From Promethearchaeota archaeon (GTDB lineage: Archaea > Asgardarchaeota > Lokiarchaeia > Sigyniarchaeales > SOKP01), in the NCBI GenBank assembly GCA_016839555.1, contig JAEOUA010000001.1, positions 1 through 64,000 on the forward strand: DNA of 64,000 nt. Reading direction: 5' to 3'. The notes under the pieces were generated by a model. That model was not told where the DNA came from, made no database searches, and saw only the letters and a program-made list of their open reading frames with translations. Shown here in pieces: positions 1 to 11,732 of this stretch. A program made the translations under genes and the position numbers. How positions within the stretch are numbered: the stretch's first letter is position 1; each line of letters opens with the position of its first letter.

Positions 1-132
1 ATTTACTAAGGGAACTAAATTCTTTGTTTTAGCAATATCTCGCCATTTTGTATATGTGTCTTTATGAGATTGATGCTGCTCTATCCAGCGATCAAATAAT
101 TTCCTTAATTTTCTAATTTCTGTATCTGTCAT
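1..132 (-). CDS. Hypothetical helical protein, 5' part only (runs off the window edge)
   Basis: Manual translation from ATG at 132: MTDTEIRKLRKLFDRWIEQHQSHKDTYTKWRDIAKTKNLVPLVN, open to position 1; divergent from the thermosome gene. Confidence 0.55.
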   Translation of the reverse strand, partial: MTDTEIRKLRKLFDRWIEQHQSHKDTYTKWRDIAKTKNLVPLVN

Positions 133-416
133 ATTTCTTAGATGTTTTTGGATTATTTTAAGGTTGATATAAGATTAGTAACATTTAAAATCTTTCGATA
201 GACTATAAAATTTATACCTCATTAAAATTATTATTAGTTTTTATTTAACTAAAATCAGTTGTTCTGCTTAATAATCATTTTTATATTTAAATGATCTCCA
301 AATCAAAAAATTTAAAATTTTACTTTAATTAAAAAAATTAAGTTCAATATTTATAAAAAGCAAATATAATAAAAACTTAAATAAAACTTAAATAAAAAAT
401 TAAAACGTGATAATTT

Positions 417-2102
417 ATGGCGCAATTAGGAGGACAACCTATATTTATAATGAAAGAAGGCACCGAAAGAACTCGTGGAAAAGATGCCATGCATAATAAT
501 ATTGCCGCTGCGAAAGTAATTGCAGAAGCTGTAAGAACTTCTTTAGGACCACGCGGTATGGATAAAATGTTGGTTGATCAATTTGGAGATGTAGTCATCA
601 CTAATGATGGAGCTACAATTCTGAAAGAAATTGATGTCCAGCATCCCGCAGCTAAAATGATGGTCGAGGTTGCTAAAACCCAAGACTCGGAAGTTGGCGA
701 TGGGACGACTACCAGCGTAATTCTTGCGGGCGAATTCTTAAAACGAGCTGAAAAGCTCCTTGAACAAAAAATTCACCCTACAGTAATAACTGAAGGATTC
801 AGAAAAGCTGCCGACAAAGCAGTTGAAATTTTAAATCAAATGTCAATTGACAGCGGGATTGATGATTACGAAGGGCTTAAAAATGCTGCTATGACTTGTA
901 TGTCTTCGAAAATCGTATCAGAAAGCAGAGAAATGCTTGCAGAATTATGTATTGATGCTATCAAAGCGATAGCTGAAAAAGACGAAGAAGCAAAATGGGT
1001 AGCTGACATTGATAAAGTGCAAATTCAAAAGAAAGAAGGAGAAATGATCGATGATACCAAATTAATTAAAGGCATCATCTTAGATAAGGAAGTCGTGAAT
1101 CCTGGAATGCCAAAAAGTGTCAGAGATGCCAAAATCCTTTTATTACAATCAGCAATCGAAATTGAAAAAACTGAATTCGATAGCAAATTACAAATCACAA
1201 GCCCAGAACAAATTCAACAGTATTTAGATGAAGAAGAGAATATGCTCCGAAAAATGGCTGAAAAAATTAAAAATTCTGGCGCAAATGTCGTGGTATGCCA
1301 AAAAGGAATCGATGATATGGCTCAACACTTCTTATCTCAAGCAGGAATCTTGGCAGTACGACGTGTGAAAAAATCTGACCTTGAAAAACTTTCACAAGCT
1401 ACTTCTGGATCGATTTTCAATGATCTTGACGATATCACCGCTGAAAAATTAGGAAAAGCTGGATTAGTGGAAGAACGTAAAATAATGGGAGAATCCTGGA
1501 TTTTTATTGAAGAATGTGTGGATCCCAAGTCCGTCGTGATTTTAATCAGAGGCGGAACAGAATTAATCGTTGATGAAGTGGAGAGAGCTATTCACGATGC
1601 GCTCTGTGTGGTACGAGACATCGTGGAAGATGGGAAGATCGTTGGAGGTGGAGGTGCTCCGGAATTGGAAACCGCAATTAAATTACGCGAATATGCCTCT
1701 ACTTTAGGCGGACGCGAACAACTCGCGGTCGAAATCTTCGCCGACAGCCTTGATATCGTTCCAAAAACCTTAGCTGAAAACGCGGGAATTGACCAAATTG
1801 AAATTTTGATGAAATTACGCGCGTCTCATCAGAAGGGCAATAAATTTGCGGGATTCAACCTCGAAAATGGGGAAGTTGTGGAGAATATGATGCAAGATGG
1901 AGTCGTAGAACCAACTGTCGTCAAAATCCAAGCAATTAAGAGCGCGACGGAGGCGACTTCGATGATCTTAAGGATAGACGATGTAATCGCCGGTGCCAAA
2001 ACTTCAATGCCCCCTCCAGGAGCTGGTGGGATGCCCCCAGGTATGGGAGGTATGGGAGGCGGTATGGGTGGTATGGGAGGCGGTATGCCTCCTATGTATT
2101 AA
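417..2102 (+). CDS. ths: Thermosome subunit (group II chaperonin)
   Basis: [29 protein letters not shown]-binding motif, GGGAPE, LRIDDVI, C-terminal GGM tail. Confidence 0.97.
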   Translation: MAQLGGQPIFIMKEGTERTRGKDAMHNNIAAAKVIAEAVRTSLGPRGMDKMLVDQFGDVVITNDGATILKEIDVQHPAAKMMVEVAKTQDSEVGDGTTTSVILAGEFLKRAEKLLEQKIHPTVITEGFRKAADKAVEILNQMSIDSGIDDYEGLKNAAMTCMSSKIVSESREMLAELCIDAIKAIAEKDEEAKWVADIDKVQIQKKEGEMIDDTKLIKGIILDKEVVNPGMPKSVRDAKILLLQSAIEIEKTEFDSKLQITSPEQIQQYLDEEENMLRKMAEKIKNSGANVVVCQKGIDDMAQHFLSQAGILAVRRVKKSDLEKLSQATSGSIFNDLDDITAEKLGKAGLVEERKIMGESWIFIEECVDPKSVVILIRGGTELIVDEVERAIHDALCVVRDIVEDGKIVGGGGAPELETAIKLREYASTLGGREQLAVEIFADSLDIVPKTLAENAGIDQIEILMKLRASHQKGNKFAGFNLENGEVVENMMQDGVVEPTVVKIQAIKSATEATSMILRIDDVIAGAKTSMPPPGAGGMPPGMGGMGGGMGGMGGGMPPMY

Positions 2103-2530
2103 AATCTCTAATAATTTTTTTCTATTTTTTATTTTCTATTATTTTATTTGTATATTTTTTTATAATCATTTTAAGTTTTCTATAAATTGTATTTAAATAG
2201 CTATTTTAATTCGCTAATCCTTTTTCCTAAGAAATCATTAAGATTTTCTAAAAACCAGTGTAATAAATGAAGGCCCTCTATGATTTTAGGTTATAAGAAT
2301 AATAAAATAGAACAGAATATTATGATTAATCGGCAACCTTATAAACAAACAAGAAACCAAATGCATTCAAAATATTCTTCAATATTGAGTAAAAAAAAAA
2401 TCAAGTAAAAATCAATATAAACATAGATTTTAGGTATTATGAGGAAATATGTAAAAAATAGTCAAAGAGGATAAATCAAAAGGTATATATATAAAATGAT
2501 CTTATATAAAAACTATTAAGGTGAAATAAA

Positions 2531-4534
2531 ATGATCGATAAAAAAAAATTAGCCTTAATCCTTATTCCGATAATAGCCGCAGGGGTGCTCATACTCAGTT
2601 TATCAATCGCGTTTTGGCCCCGAGAGGGAGAGGAAGGTGAAAACTTATTCTTATTGCCCCCAGGGGGACAAATCCCAGAAAATGCTTTTGTATCTGTGTG
2701 GAATACTTCAAAGTCTGGGGTAAGTAATAGTAACGAAGTGCAATTAGCCTTAGAAGAAACTGGGATTTATAATTTTGAGGTCTATTGGGGTGATGGAACA
2801 AAAGCCACGATAATGAAGTGGAACCAAACTGAAGTGAAACATACCTACACTTCAGAAGGCATATATAATATATATATAACGGGAAAAATTGAAGGTTGGA
2901 GTTTTGCTGATGGAGGAGATGAAGAAAAGTTGCTTGAAATTAAGCAATGGGGAGACCTGCGTTTAGGAAATTCCGGGGGGTATTTTTATGGCTGTTCTAA
3001 CCTCAACATTACCGCAACGGATATTTTGAATTTAACAGATACAACTACTTTTGACCAAGCGTTTCGAGGATGTACTAATATTGATCAAATACCCAATATG
3101 AATCAATGGGATGTATCACATGTTACTAATATGAGCTTTATGTTCTTTGATGCTGAGAATTTTAACCAAAATATTACTAGCTGGGATGTATCGAATGTTA
3201 CAGAAATGAGGTTTATGTTCCAAGGTGCGCATAAATTCAACCAAGATATTGGTAGCTGGAATGTATCGAGCGTCACCGATATGAGCTTTATGTTCCAAGA
3301 TGCTTTTATTTTTAACAAAGATATTAGCAGCTGGAATGTAGCGAGCGTGACTGATATGAAATGTATGTTTCGTTTTACTCATGATTTCAACCAAGATTTA
3401 AGTAACTGGGATGTGTCGAACGTGAAAGATATGCAAGGAATGTTTGGATACAGTTATAATTTCAACCAAGATATTGGTAGCTGGGATGTATCAAGCGTTA
3501 TCAATATGAATTCGATGTTCTATAATGCTGATAATTTCAATCAAACCTTAACTAAATGGGATGTGTCAAGCGTTTGGAATATGTATGCAATGTTCGCTAG
3601 TGCTGAAAAATTCAATGGAAATATAAGCAGCTGGAACGTTTCAAGCGTGACAGATATGTGGTCAATGTTTTATTATACTTATAATTTCAATCAAGATTTA
3701 AGTAACTGGGATGTCTCAAGCGTCACAAATATGAGAGATATGTTTAGGGATTCAATTAATTTTAATGGAAATATAAGCAGCTGGAATGTATCGAATGTTA
3801 AAATAATGAGTGGAATGTTCAGGGATGCAATTAATTTCAATGGAGATATAAGCAGATGGAATGTTTCAAGTGTTGAAGATATGAGTTATATGTTTTATGA
3901 TGCTGAAAAATTCAATCAAAATCTAACTAACTGGGATGTTTCTAGTGTTAAATATATGAACTTTATGTTCTACAGTGCTGAAATTTTTAATGGAAATATA
4001 AGCAATTGCGATGTTTCCAGCGTGATAGATATGTATTCGATGTTTCGGTATGCCTTTGACTTTAATCAAGATATTAACAACTGGAATGTATCTAGTGTGG
4101 AAGATATGAGTTATATGTTTAGGAGTGCCAATGAATTCAACCAAGATCTAAGTAGCTGGAATGTTTCACGCGTAAAAAAAATGAAACAAATGTTTTACTT
4201 AACAGATTTTTTCAATCAAGACATCGGGAGTTGGGATGTTTCTAGTGTCACCGATATGAGTGAAATGTTTTATGGTGCTCAGGATTTTAATCAAAATATA
4301 AGCAGTTGGGATGTCTCGAGCGTCACAGATATGACCGGTATGTTCAACTATAGTGCATTAACCACTGAGAATTATGATAGCTTGCTCATTGGCTGGTCAA
4401 ATTTAACAACATTGCAAGAAAGTGTCACTCTTGGGGTAGGGGATGTACAATATAGCAGCGCTGCTCAACATGCCCATGATTACCTTACGGGTACTGAAAA
4501 ATGGATTATAAACGATGGTGGCCAGAAGCCGTAA
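2531..4534 (+). CDS. Membrane-anchored BspA/DUF285 repeat surface protein with PKD-like domain (about 17 repeats)
   Basis: N-terminal hydrophobic anchor; VYWGDG...HTY..GIY.I.ITG PKD-like motif; 25-aa repeats W[DN]VSxVxDMxxMFxxAxxFNQDI; ggtga RBS upstream. Confidence 0.9.
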   Translation: MIDKKKLALILIPIIAAGVLILSLSIAFWPREGEEGENLFLLPPGGQIPENAFVSVWNTSKSGVSNSNEVQLALEETGIYNFEVYWGDGTKATIMKWNQTEVKHTYTSEGIYNIYITGKIEGWSFADGGDEEKLLEIKQWGDLRLGNSGGYFYGCSNLNITATDILNLTDTTTFDQAFRGCTNIDQIPNMNQWDVSHVTNMSFMFFDAENFNQNITSWDVSNVTEMRFMFQGAHKFNQDIGSWNVSSVTDMSFMFQDAFIFNKDISSWNVASVTDMKCMFRFTHDFNQDLSNWDVSNVKDMQGMFGYSYNFNQDIGSWDVSSVINMNSMFYNADNFNQTLTKWDVSSVWNMYAMFASAEKFNGNISSWNVSSVTDMWSMFYYTYNFNQDLSNWDVSSVTNMRDMFRDSINFNGNISSWNVSNVKIMSGMFRDAINFNGDISRWNVSSVEDMSYMFYDAEKFNQNLTNWDVSSVKYMNFMFYSAEIFNGNISNCDVSSVIDMYSMFRYAFDFNQDINNWNVSSVEDMSYMFRSANEFNQDLSSWNVSRVKKMKQMFYLTDFFNQDIGSWDVSSVTDMSEMFYGAQDFNQNISSWDVSSVTDMTGMFNYSALTTENYDSLLIGWSNLTTLQESVTLGVGDVQYSSAAQHAHDYLTGTEKWIINDGGQKP

Positions 4535-4613
4535 AATTAAAGATATGTTGATTAAACCTAGATCTAACTCTTTTTTTTTCCTTTTAACCTTTTTTTTTTA
4601 CTAAAAAGAATTA

Positions 4614-4730
4614 ATATAAGTTCGAAAAAAATCCAATTTACGTTGATCTAATTAATTCCAATAAATTAAAGAGTATGATATAAATCTTAACTTTTATAAG
4701 GTTTTTCTATTTTTTTATTTTCCTTATCTT
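4614..4730 (+). repeat. Intergenic repeat, copy 1 of 4
   Basis: Invariant 20-mer atttacgttgatctaattaa within a homologous block of about 115 bp. Confidence 0.85.
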
Positions 4731-4832
4731 ATTATATTATATTTTTTGAACTGAATTTTCAATGATTTAATTTCCATTACAAATTCTTTAAAAAACATAA
4801 TTCAATATGAGAATCTGACTTGATTCTTATAC

Positions 4833-5309
4833 TCATAAGGATTTATATTCTTGTATTAATTTAATTCCGAATTCTTTGCATTTTGGAAGGTCTTCATCTA
4901 CTATAGGCCCTTTTGAAGCTCCTATACCCTCAACTTTTATGGACAGTCCTGGACTTACTTTTATTAAATTCGGCATCGTTTCACTAATCTGTCTCTCCAT
5001 CGCTTTAACAGCTTTCTCAAAATCAGGCGTAATACAGGTATCAAATACCGCATAGGCTTTTAGTTTTAATTGAGATTTTGGAAGTTTATTGATAAATTTC
5101 TTTACCGACCCTATATGCCGTCCAAAATGATTCGGAGATCCTATTACAATTAATTCATAGGAATCTTCTTTTTTCAGTTTTACTTCTTTTACATTTTTAA
5201 CTATTACTTCATTACCCTCGGTAGAACTGATTCCTTCTGCGATTAATTTGGCTACTTTTTCAGTATTTCCATACTTTGTATCATACGCTATTAGAATTTT
5301 CACCATCAA
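4833..5309 (-). CDS. Flavodoxin-family protein
   Basis: YDTKYGNTEKVAKLIAEG FMN phosphate loop; IGSPNH; AVFDT. Confidence 0.9.
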   Translation of the reverse strand: MMVKILIAYDTKYGNTEKVAKLIAEGISSTEGNEVIVKNVKEVKLKKEDSYELIVIGSPNHFGRHIGSVKKFINKLPKSQLKLKAYAVFDTCITPDFEKAVKAMERQISETMPNLIKVSPGLSIKVEGIGASKGPIVDEDLPKCKEFGIKLIQEYKSL

Positions 5310-5584
5310 CCACTTTTTTAAATTATATTTTTATGATTTTAAATTCTCTAGCAAATAAAAATTAAGAATATGTAGGATTTAAACCTTCCTCAATGATATA
5401 AGACTTTTAAGGATTTTTTGTGAGCATTATTATAATTATTAATCAGGCTAATAACGTAGTGAATAGATACTGGACATAAACTAAGATTTGAAAGAGGAGT
5501 AAAACCAGTATAGAAGAAAAAAGAAAAAAAAAGAAAGTTAGATTTGGGTTTAATCAAAAAATCTTCAGTTTATTAGCAAGATTA

Positions 5585-8185
5585 TTAAGCTGGTCCACCA
5601 TCATCAATATTCCAATTATAAAAACCAATAAGTATTGTATTTCTTGCATATTCTGCAGCACCACCAGAAGTATAATGTGAAGTTCCTCCATGAAAATTAA
5701 CAAAACTTTGCAATGTGGGCAAATTCGCCCAACCGATTAATAGACTATTGTAATTAGTCGTTGATAAGGACTCCTGTCTAAACATATCGCTCATATCTGT
5801 TACGCTTGAGACATCCCAATCTCCAATATCTTGGTCGAAACTGCCTAATTCGAACATCGAATGCATATCAGTAACATTTGAGGTATTCCAATTTCCAATA
5901 TCTTGGTTGAAATAGCTATAAAAGAACATATAGCTCATATTTGTCACTTGTGAGGTATCCCAGTTTCCAATATCTTGGTTGAAAAAAGTATCGTGGAACA
6001 TATAGCTCATATCTGTGACGCGTGAGGTATTCCAGTCTCCGAGATTTTGGTCGAAAAACCAAGTATTATGGAACATATGGTTCATATCTGTAACGCGTGA
6101 GGTATTCCAATAGCCAATATCTTGGTTGAAATCATAAGCATTATGGAACATATGGCTCATATCTATGACTTGTGAGGTATCCCAATAGCCAATATCTTGG
6201 TTGAAATCATAAGCATTATGGAACATATGGCTCATATCTGTGATTTGTGAGGTATCCCAATAGCCAATATCTTGGTTGAATTTTTCAGCCCATTGGAATA
6301 TATGGCTCATATCTTTAACGCGTGAGGTATCCCAATAGCCAATATCCTGGTTAAAAATAGTAGCATCTTGGAACATATAGCTCATATCTGTGACTTGTGA
6401 GGTATCCCAGCGGCTAATATCTTGATTGAAAGCGGAAGCATTGCTGAACATATAACTCATATCGGTTACGCTCGAGACATCCCAGCCGCCAATATTTAGA
6501 TTCATAGCATTAGTTTCGCTAAACATTCCGCCCATATTTATTACATTTGATACATCCCACCCACTAAGATCTTGGTCGAAAGTAAGAGCACACCAGAGCA
6601 TCTGGAACATATCTTCCACGTTTGAAGTATCCCAGCTTCCTATAGATTGGTTGAAAGCATAAGCATGTGAAAACATTCCACTCATATCTTTAACACTTGA
6701 CGTATCCCACCCGCTAATATCTTGGTCAAAATTATTAGTATAGGCAAACATTAAACTCATATCAATTACGCTGGAAACATTCCAGCTCCCAATAGGTTGG
6801 TCAAAAACATCACAACTGTAAAACATCCAATTCATGTCGGTAACCCTTGAGGTATCCCAGCTGCCAATAGCTTGGTTAAATTTATCTGCACTCCAAAACA
6901 TATGATTCATATTTTCCACGCTTGAGGTATTCCAGCCTCCAATATCTTGGTTAAATGCATTAGCCTGACCGAACATCCAACTCATGTCGATAACGCTCGA
7001 GGTATTCCACCCACTAATATCTTGGTTGAAGAAATCTAATTCGCAAAACATACTGCCCATATATTGAACATTCGACACGTCCCAGCTGCCAATAGGTTGG
7101 TCGAATGCATCAGCATAATAGAACATATAACTCATATCTGTGACGGATGAAGTATCCCATCCCCCAATAGCTTGGTTGAAAGTTTTAGTATGGGAAAACA
7201 TCCCGTTCATAGTTATAACGTCTGATACATCCCAGCCGCCAATATCTTTGTTGAAATCATCAGCATTGTGGAACATATTATTCATATTAGTAACACTTGA
7301 CACATTCCAGCTGCCAATATCTTGATTAAAAGCTTTGGCACCCCAGAACATCCACATCATATTTTCTACGTGTGAAACATCCCAGTCTCCAATATTTTGA
7401 TTAAAAATATCAGTATCACGTAACATTCTGTACATATTCGTCACACTTGACACATCCCAATTACCAATATCTTGATTAAATGAATCGGCTTGAAGAAACA
7501 TCCCACTCATATCAGTAACGCTGGATACATCCCAGGTACCAATATCTTGGTTGAAAGCAGAAGCATCTCTGAACATATCGCTCATATCTGTGACACTTGA
7601 TACATCCCAATTATTCATTCCAGGTACTGTATCAATACTAGAGCACCCTCGAAAAGCTCGCATTAAAGTAGTTGTACCCGTTAAATCTAATATATCCGTC
7701 GCGGTAATATTAAGGTTAGCGCACCCCCAAAAGTATCCTCCCGAATTCCCCAAGCGTAAGTCGCCCCATTGTTTAATTTCAAGCAATTTCTCTTCATCGC
7801 CTTCATCATTGAAGCGCCATCCAATAATCTTTCCGGTGATATTGATAGTGTATATACCTGGTGATCTATAAGTATGAATCACTTGTGATTGATTCCATTT
7901 TTTAATCTTATTTTTAGTCCCATCACCCCAGTCAACGAGAAATAGATAGTCTCCGTTCGATTCCAAGGGCAATTTCACTTGAGTGTCATTAGTTAATCCA
8001 GGTTTTGTGGTATCCCATACGGATGATAAATTCTTTCCAATGACCACTTGTTCTTCCAGGGGGAGGAATAATTGTTCTCCCTCCTGTTCTTCTCTAGTCC
8101 AGAGTGCAATTGAAACACCAATAGCCACTCCGCTCACTACTAAGACAGCTATAACTACCACTGCAAGAATTTTTTTATTAATCAT
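5585..8185 (-). CDS. Membrane-anchored BspA/DUF285 repeat surface protein with PKD-like domain (about 25 repeats)
   Basis: Same architecture as 2531..4534; recent 75-bp tandem expansions near 6080-6370. Confidence 0.9.
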   Translation of the reverse strand: MINKKILAVVVIAVLVVSGVAIGVSIALWTREEQEGEQLFLPLEEQVVIGKNLSSVWDTTKPGLTNDTQVKLPLESNGDYLFLVDWGDGTKNKIKKWNQSQVIHTYRSPGIYTINITGKIIGWRFNDEGDEEKLLEIKQWGDLRLGNSGGYFWGCANLNITATDILDLTGTTTLMRAFRGCSSIDTVPGMNNWDVSSVTDMSDMFRDASAFNQDIGTWDVSSVTDMSGMFLQADSFNQDIGNWDVSSVTNMYRMLRDTDIFNQNIGDWDVSHVENMMWMFWGAKAFNQDIGSWNVSSVTNMNNMFHNADDFNKDIGGWDVSDVITMNGMFSHTKTFNQAIGGWDTSSVTDMSYMFYYADAFDQPIGSWDVSNVQYMGSMFCELDFFNQDISGWNTSSVIDMSWMFGQANAFNQDIGGWNTSSVENMNHMFWSADKFNQAIGSWDTSRVTDMNWMFYSCDVFDQPIGSWNVSSVIDMSLMFAYTNNFDQDISGWDTSSVKDMSGMFSHAYAFNQSIGSWDTSNVEDMFQMLWCALTFDQDLSGWDVSNVINMGGMFSETNAMNLNIGGWDVSSVTDMSYMFSNASAFNQDISRWDTSQVTDMSYMFQDATIFNQDIGYWDTSRVKDMSHIFQWAEKFNQDIGYWDTSQITDMSHMFHNAYDFNQDIGYWDTSQVIDMSHMFHNAYDFNQDIGYWNTSRVTDMNHMFHNTWFFDQNLGDWNTSRVTDMSYMFHDTFFNQDIGNWDTSQVTNMSYMFFYSYFNQDIGNWNTSNVTDMHSMFELGSFDQDIGDWDVSSVTDMSDMFRQESLSTTNYNSLLIGWANLPTLQSFVNFHGGTSHYTSGGAAEYARNTILIGFYNWNIDDGGPA

Positions 8186-8466
8186 AATGGATCACTATGT
8201 AAATATCAAATAAGAAGTATATTAATATAAATCTTGCTATAAATCTATTTATCGATTTTTGGCTTATTTTGTACTTATTTCGCAATTTCTCATAGAATAA
8301 TTATGCTTCTTTGATGTTTAAAAGAATGCAAATTAATAACATCATATTATATAACAACTTATGATTTTCAATAATAGAGTGCTTAACAATTGAAAAAAAG
8401 ATCGGGATAAAAAGAGTGGATAAAATTTGTATAGTATTCAGAATTCTCAATCCTGAATCATAAAAG

Positions 8467-8585
8467 TATATCAGTTCAAAAAAATCCAATTTACGTTGAT
8501 CTAATTAATTCAAATTTATTAAGAGCATGATGTAAATCTCAAAATTTATAACTTTTTTCTATTTTTTATTTTCTTTTTCTTATTA
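8467..8585 (+). repeat. Intergenic repeat, copy 2 of 4
   Basis: Same 20-mer core and flanks as copy 1. Confidence 0.85.
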
Positions 8586-8676
8586 TTGTTATTTTTACTT
8601 TTATTTAATATAATTTAATTTACATCAAATTTATAACCTCCTAAGCATCTCCCATACTTTAAAGTTAATTACTATA

Positions 8677-9540
8677 TTACTTCATCATATTTTCATATAA
8701 CTCTTCCATCGTAGGTTCTCTTCTCGTAATATTCAATCCTTTTCGACCTGAAATTCGAATACCCGTTTCTATTATTCCAAGATATTTAAGGTGTTTCATT
8801 TTTTCTATTTGAATAGAATTGAGCGGATTGTAGGATACATTTAAAACTATAAGATTTGTTAAATTATAAAATGACTCTGGAAGGGTTTTTAACTTGTTAT
8901 TATGTAGGTTTAAATGTTGAAGATTTGTCATTTCACCAATACTTTCGGGAAGAGAAGTTAATTGATTTCCGTTCACCCAAAATTCGGAAATATTTTTCAA
9001 ATTTCCTATGGAATTAGGGAGAGTAGTTAATTTATTATTATCTAAGTAGAGCCAAACAAGATTTGTCAAGTTCCCGATTGATTCAGGAAGCGAAGCTAAT
9101 TGATTATTTGATAAAAAAAAGAATTGGAGTTTATATTTTTTTTCTGGAATTTCAGGAATCTTTTTAAATCTATTATCCCTTATACCAACCGTAATAAGAT
9201 TAGGAAGATTCCATATAAATTCGGGGAACATAGCTAATTCATTTTTAGACAAAAAAAGCCTTTCAAGGTTTTTTAATTCATTTAAACTCTCGGGAAGGTC
9301 TTTTAATTTATTATTTCTTAAATATAAGATTTTCAACCATTTTAGCTCTCCAATGCTTTTAGGTAGGGATGTAATACCAAGGTTATAAATACTTAATCCC
9401 GTAATATGTCCATCCTTTACAGAGTACCCGAATGATTCATGTTGTATTTCCGGTATTAAATTTAAATGTTTTCCACAAATCAAGTCCAACTGGTGTAGAA
9501 TTTTTTTCTCATTATCGGGTATTTCAATTATATTATCCAT
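8677..9540 (-). CDS. Leucine-rich repeat protein (23-aa LRRs, no signal peptide)
   Basis: Repeats of LxLxNNxLxxLPESIGNLxNL. Confidence 0.9.
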   Translation of the reverse strand: MDNIIEIPDNEKKILHQLDLICGKHLNLIPEIQHESFGYSVKDGHITGLSIYNLGITSLPKSIGELKWLKILYLRNNKLKDLPESLNELKNLERLFLSKNELAMFPEFIWNLPNLITVGIRDNRFKKIPEIPEKKYKLQFFFLSNNQLASLPESIGNLTNLVWLYLDNNKLTTLPNSIGNLKNISEFWVNGNQLTSLPESIGEMTNLQHLNLHNNKLKTLPESFYNLTNLIVLNVSYNPLNSIQIEKMKHLKYLGIIETGIRISGRKGLNITRREPTMEELYENMMK

Positions 9541-9726
9541 GATATGTCTTCTTAGTTCTGTTGATTATTTAATTATAATTTTCTTATATTCATAACTTAA
9601 CTAGCAATGAAAAAAATGAACTATATATAAATCTTTTTTCTTTCTATTTTTCATAAGATCCTATACATCCGGAATTATTTTAATTTTTTAAATCTAAAGA
9701 AAGCATATCATTAAATTTGTTGCTCA

Positions 9727-9837
9727 TTATCCATCTTTATTATTATTTTTCTTGCGGTATAAATAAAATCTATTTAATTTCCCTCTGATTATTCCAGCGA
9801 AAAATATCAATTTATTTACCATAAGAGTTTCACTTAT
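9727..9837 (-). pseudogene. Orphan 3' fragment of a Rag-like GTPase-roadblock gene (paralogous to the end of 31872..33185)
   Basis: Translates ISETLMVNKLIFFAGIIRGKLNRFYLYRKKNNNKDG*, versus SETLSANKLIFLAGKIRGKLNRFYLYQKKK* at the end of 31872..33185; in-frame TAA immediately upstream. Confidence 0.8.
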
Positions 9838-10306
9838 TTAACCTGTATCTCAATCTATTATAATCCTCGATTTGCTAAATTAAGTTGCTAATAGCAATTA
9901 TAAGAGAAAAAGAATTTTCAATTAAATAAGAGGAAAAAATAAGATTATTACTTCAACGCAATAAATCTCTTATATTCATTGTAATAATATCATATTTTAC
10001 TTGAATTATGAATTCATAATAAATTTTTTACACTCTACTTAAGAAAGGCCATCTATGTTTTTAGATTATAAGAATAATAAAATAGAACAAGATATTATGA
10101 TTAATTGGCAACCTTATAAAAAACCAAAAAACCAATTGCATTTAAAACATTCTTCAATATTGAGTAAAGAAAAAATCAAGTAAAAATCAATAAAAACATA
10201 GGTTTTAAGGTATTATGAGGAAATAAGTAAAAAATGATTCAAGAAGATAAATCAAAAGGTATATATATAAAATAATATTATATAAAAACCATTAAGGTGA
10301 AATAAA

Positions 10307-11647
10307 ATGGCTAATAAAAAAAAATTAGCTTTAATTCTTATTCCGATAATAGTAGCTGGAGTCTTAATCCTTAGTTTATCAATCGCGTTTTGGCCTCGAG
10401 AAGGAGAAGAGGGTGACAACTTATTATTATTGCCCCCAGACGGACAAATCCAAGAAAATCCTTTTGTATCTGTGTGGGATACTTCAAAACCTGGGGTAAG
10501 TAATAGTTCTCAAGTGCAATTACCCTTAGAATCAAATGGAACCTATAATTTTAATGTTGATTGGGGCGATGGGAATAATAATATGATTACAAGCTGGGAC
10601 GATACTAATAAAAATCATACATATGCTTCAGGAGGTGTATATACTATTAGTATCACAGGAACAATTGAAGGTTGGAGTTTCAGAAATGTAGGCGATGAAG
10701 AGAAATTACTTGAAATTAAGCAATGGAGTGACTTACGCTTGGGAAATTCAGGAAGATATTTCTATGGGTGTGCTAACCTTAATATTACCGCAACGGATAT
10801 TTTAAATTTAACAGGTACAACTACTTTAGCACAAGCTTTTCGAGGATGCACCAATATAGATCAAGTACCGAATATGAATCAATGGGATGTATCAAGTGTT
10901 ACTAATATGAGCTTTATGTTGTTTGATGCTGAGAATTTTAACCAAGATATTGGGGATTGGAATGTATCGAGCGTTACAGAAATGAGGTTTATGTTCCATG
11001 GTGCGCATATATTCAACCAAGACATTGGGGATTGGAATGTATCGAGCGTTACAGATATGAGCTATATGTTCCAAGAGGCTCATAAATTTAATAAGGATAT
11101 TGGTAGCTGGGATGTTTCGAGCGTTACAGATATGAGCTATATGTTCCGTTATGCTCTTGATTTCAACCAAAGTATTGGGGGTTGGCATGTATCGAGTGTG
11201 ACGGATATGAGCGGAATGTTCCATTCGGCTACTGATTTCAACCAAGATATTGGCAGTTGGGATGTATCAAGCGTCACAGATATGAACTATATGTTCCAAA
11301 ATGCTAATAATTTCAATAAAAATTTAAATAGCTGGGATGTTTCAAGCGTTACAAATATGTTGGGAATGTTTTATTCTGCAGATATTTTCAATCAAAATAT
11401 AAGTAGTTGGAATATATCAAGCGTTACAGTCATGATTGGTATGTTAAACGGTACTTCATTATCTACAGCGAATTATGATAGCTTGCTCATTGGATGGTCA
11501 AATTTAACATCAGGAGTGCAAAGTGGTGTCGTCCTTGGCGTAGGGGATTTAAAATATACTTCGGGCGGCGCTGCTGAGTATGCCCATGATATAGTCCTTA
11601 TCAAGAATAATGGCTGGCACATTAATGATGGAGGGCCAACTCCTTGA
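10307..11647 (+). CDS. Membrane-anchored BspA/DUF285 repeat surface protein with PKD-like domain (about 8 repeats)
   Basis: Paralogue of 2531..4534 with 9 fewer 25-aa repeats. Confidence 0.9.
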   Translation: MANKKKLALILIPIIVAGVLILSLSIAFWPREGEEGDNLLLLPPDGQIQENPFVSVWDTSKPGVSNSSQVQLPLESNGTYNFNVDWGDGNNNMITSWDDTNKNHTYASGGVYTISITGTIEGWSFRNVGDEEKLLEIKQWSDLRLGNSGRYFYGCANLNITATDILNLTGTTTLAQAFRGCTNIDQVPNMNQWDVSSVTNMSFMLFDAENFNQDIGDWNVSSVTEMRFMFHGAHIFNQDIGDWNVSSVTDMSYMFQEAHKFNKDIGSWDVSSVTDMSYMFRYALDFNQSIGGWHVSSVTDMSGMFHSATDFNQDIGSWDVSSVTDMNYMFQNANNFNKNLNSWDVSSVTNMLGMFYSADIFNQNISSWNISSVTVMIGMLNGTSLSTANYDSLLIGWSNLTSGVQSGVVLGVGDLKYTSGGAAEYAHDIVLIKNNGWHINDGGPTP

Positions 11648-11732
11648 GTTCGAATTGAAAAAACATTGATGAATACAAAAAAATCTAACTCTTTTTTTTT
11701 CTTTCAACCTTTTATTTTGCTCAAAAGAATTG

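Larger units (their letters stand above)
2270..8590 (+). repeat. Segmental duplication unit A (upstream region + DUF285(+) + DUF285(-) + flank)
   Basis: 2270-2530 aligns with 10045-10306; 8245-8590 aligns with about 14370-14710; the genes are paralogous in the same arrangement. Confidence 0.85.

Noticed and set aside
2020-2102. GC-rich ggtatgggagg tandem repeats
   Set aside because: They encode the ordinary GGM tail of chaperonins
2540-2548. Poly-A tract near the DUF285 start as a phase-variation switch
   Set aside because: A/T runs of this length are everywhere in this AT-rich sequence, and the frame is intact
4625-4655. Repeat core as an integron attC site
   Set aside because: gttgatc does not fit GTTRRRY, there is no attC-like palindrome, and no integrase is present in the window
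8301-8489. 62-aa ORF upstream of the DUF285 gene
   Set aside because: TTG start, and the duplicated copy near 14424-14611 has an in-frame TGA; treated as non-coding
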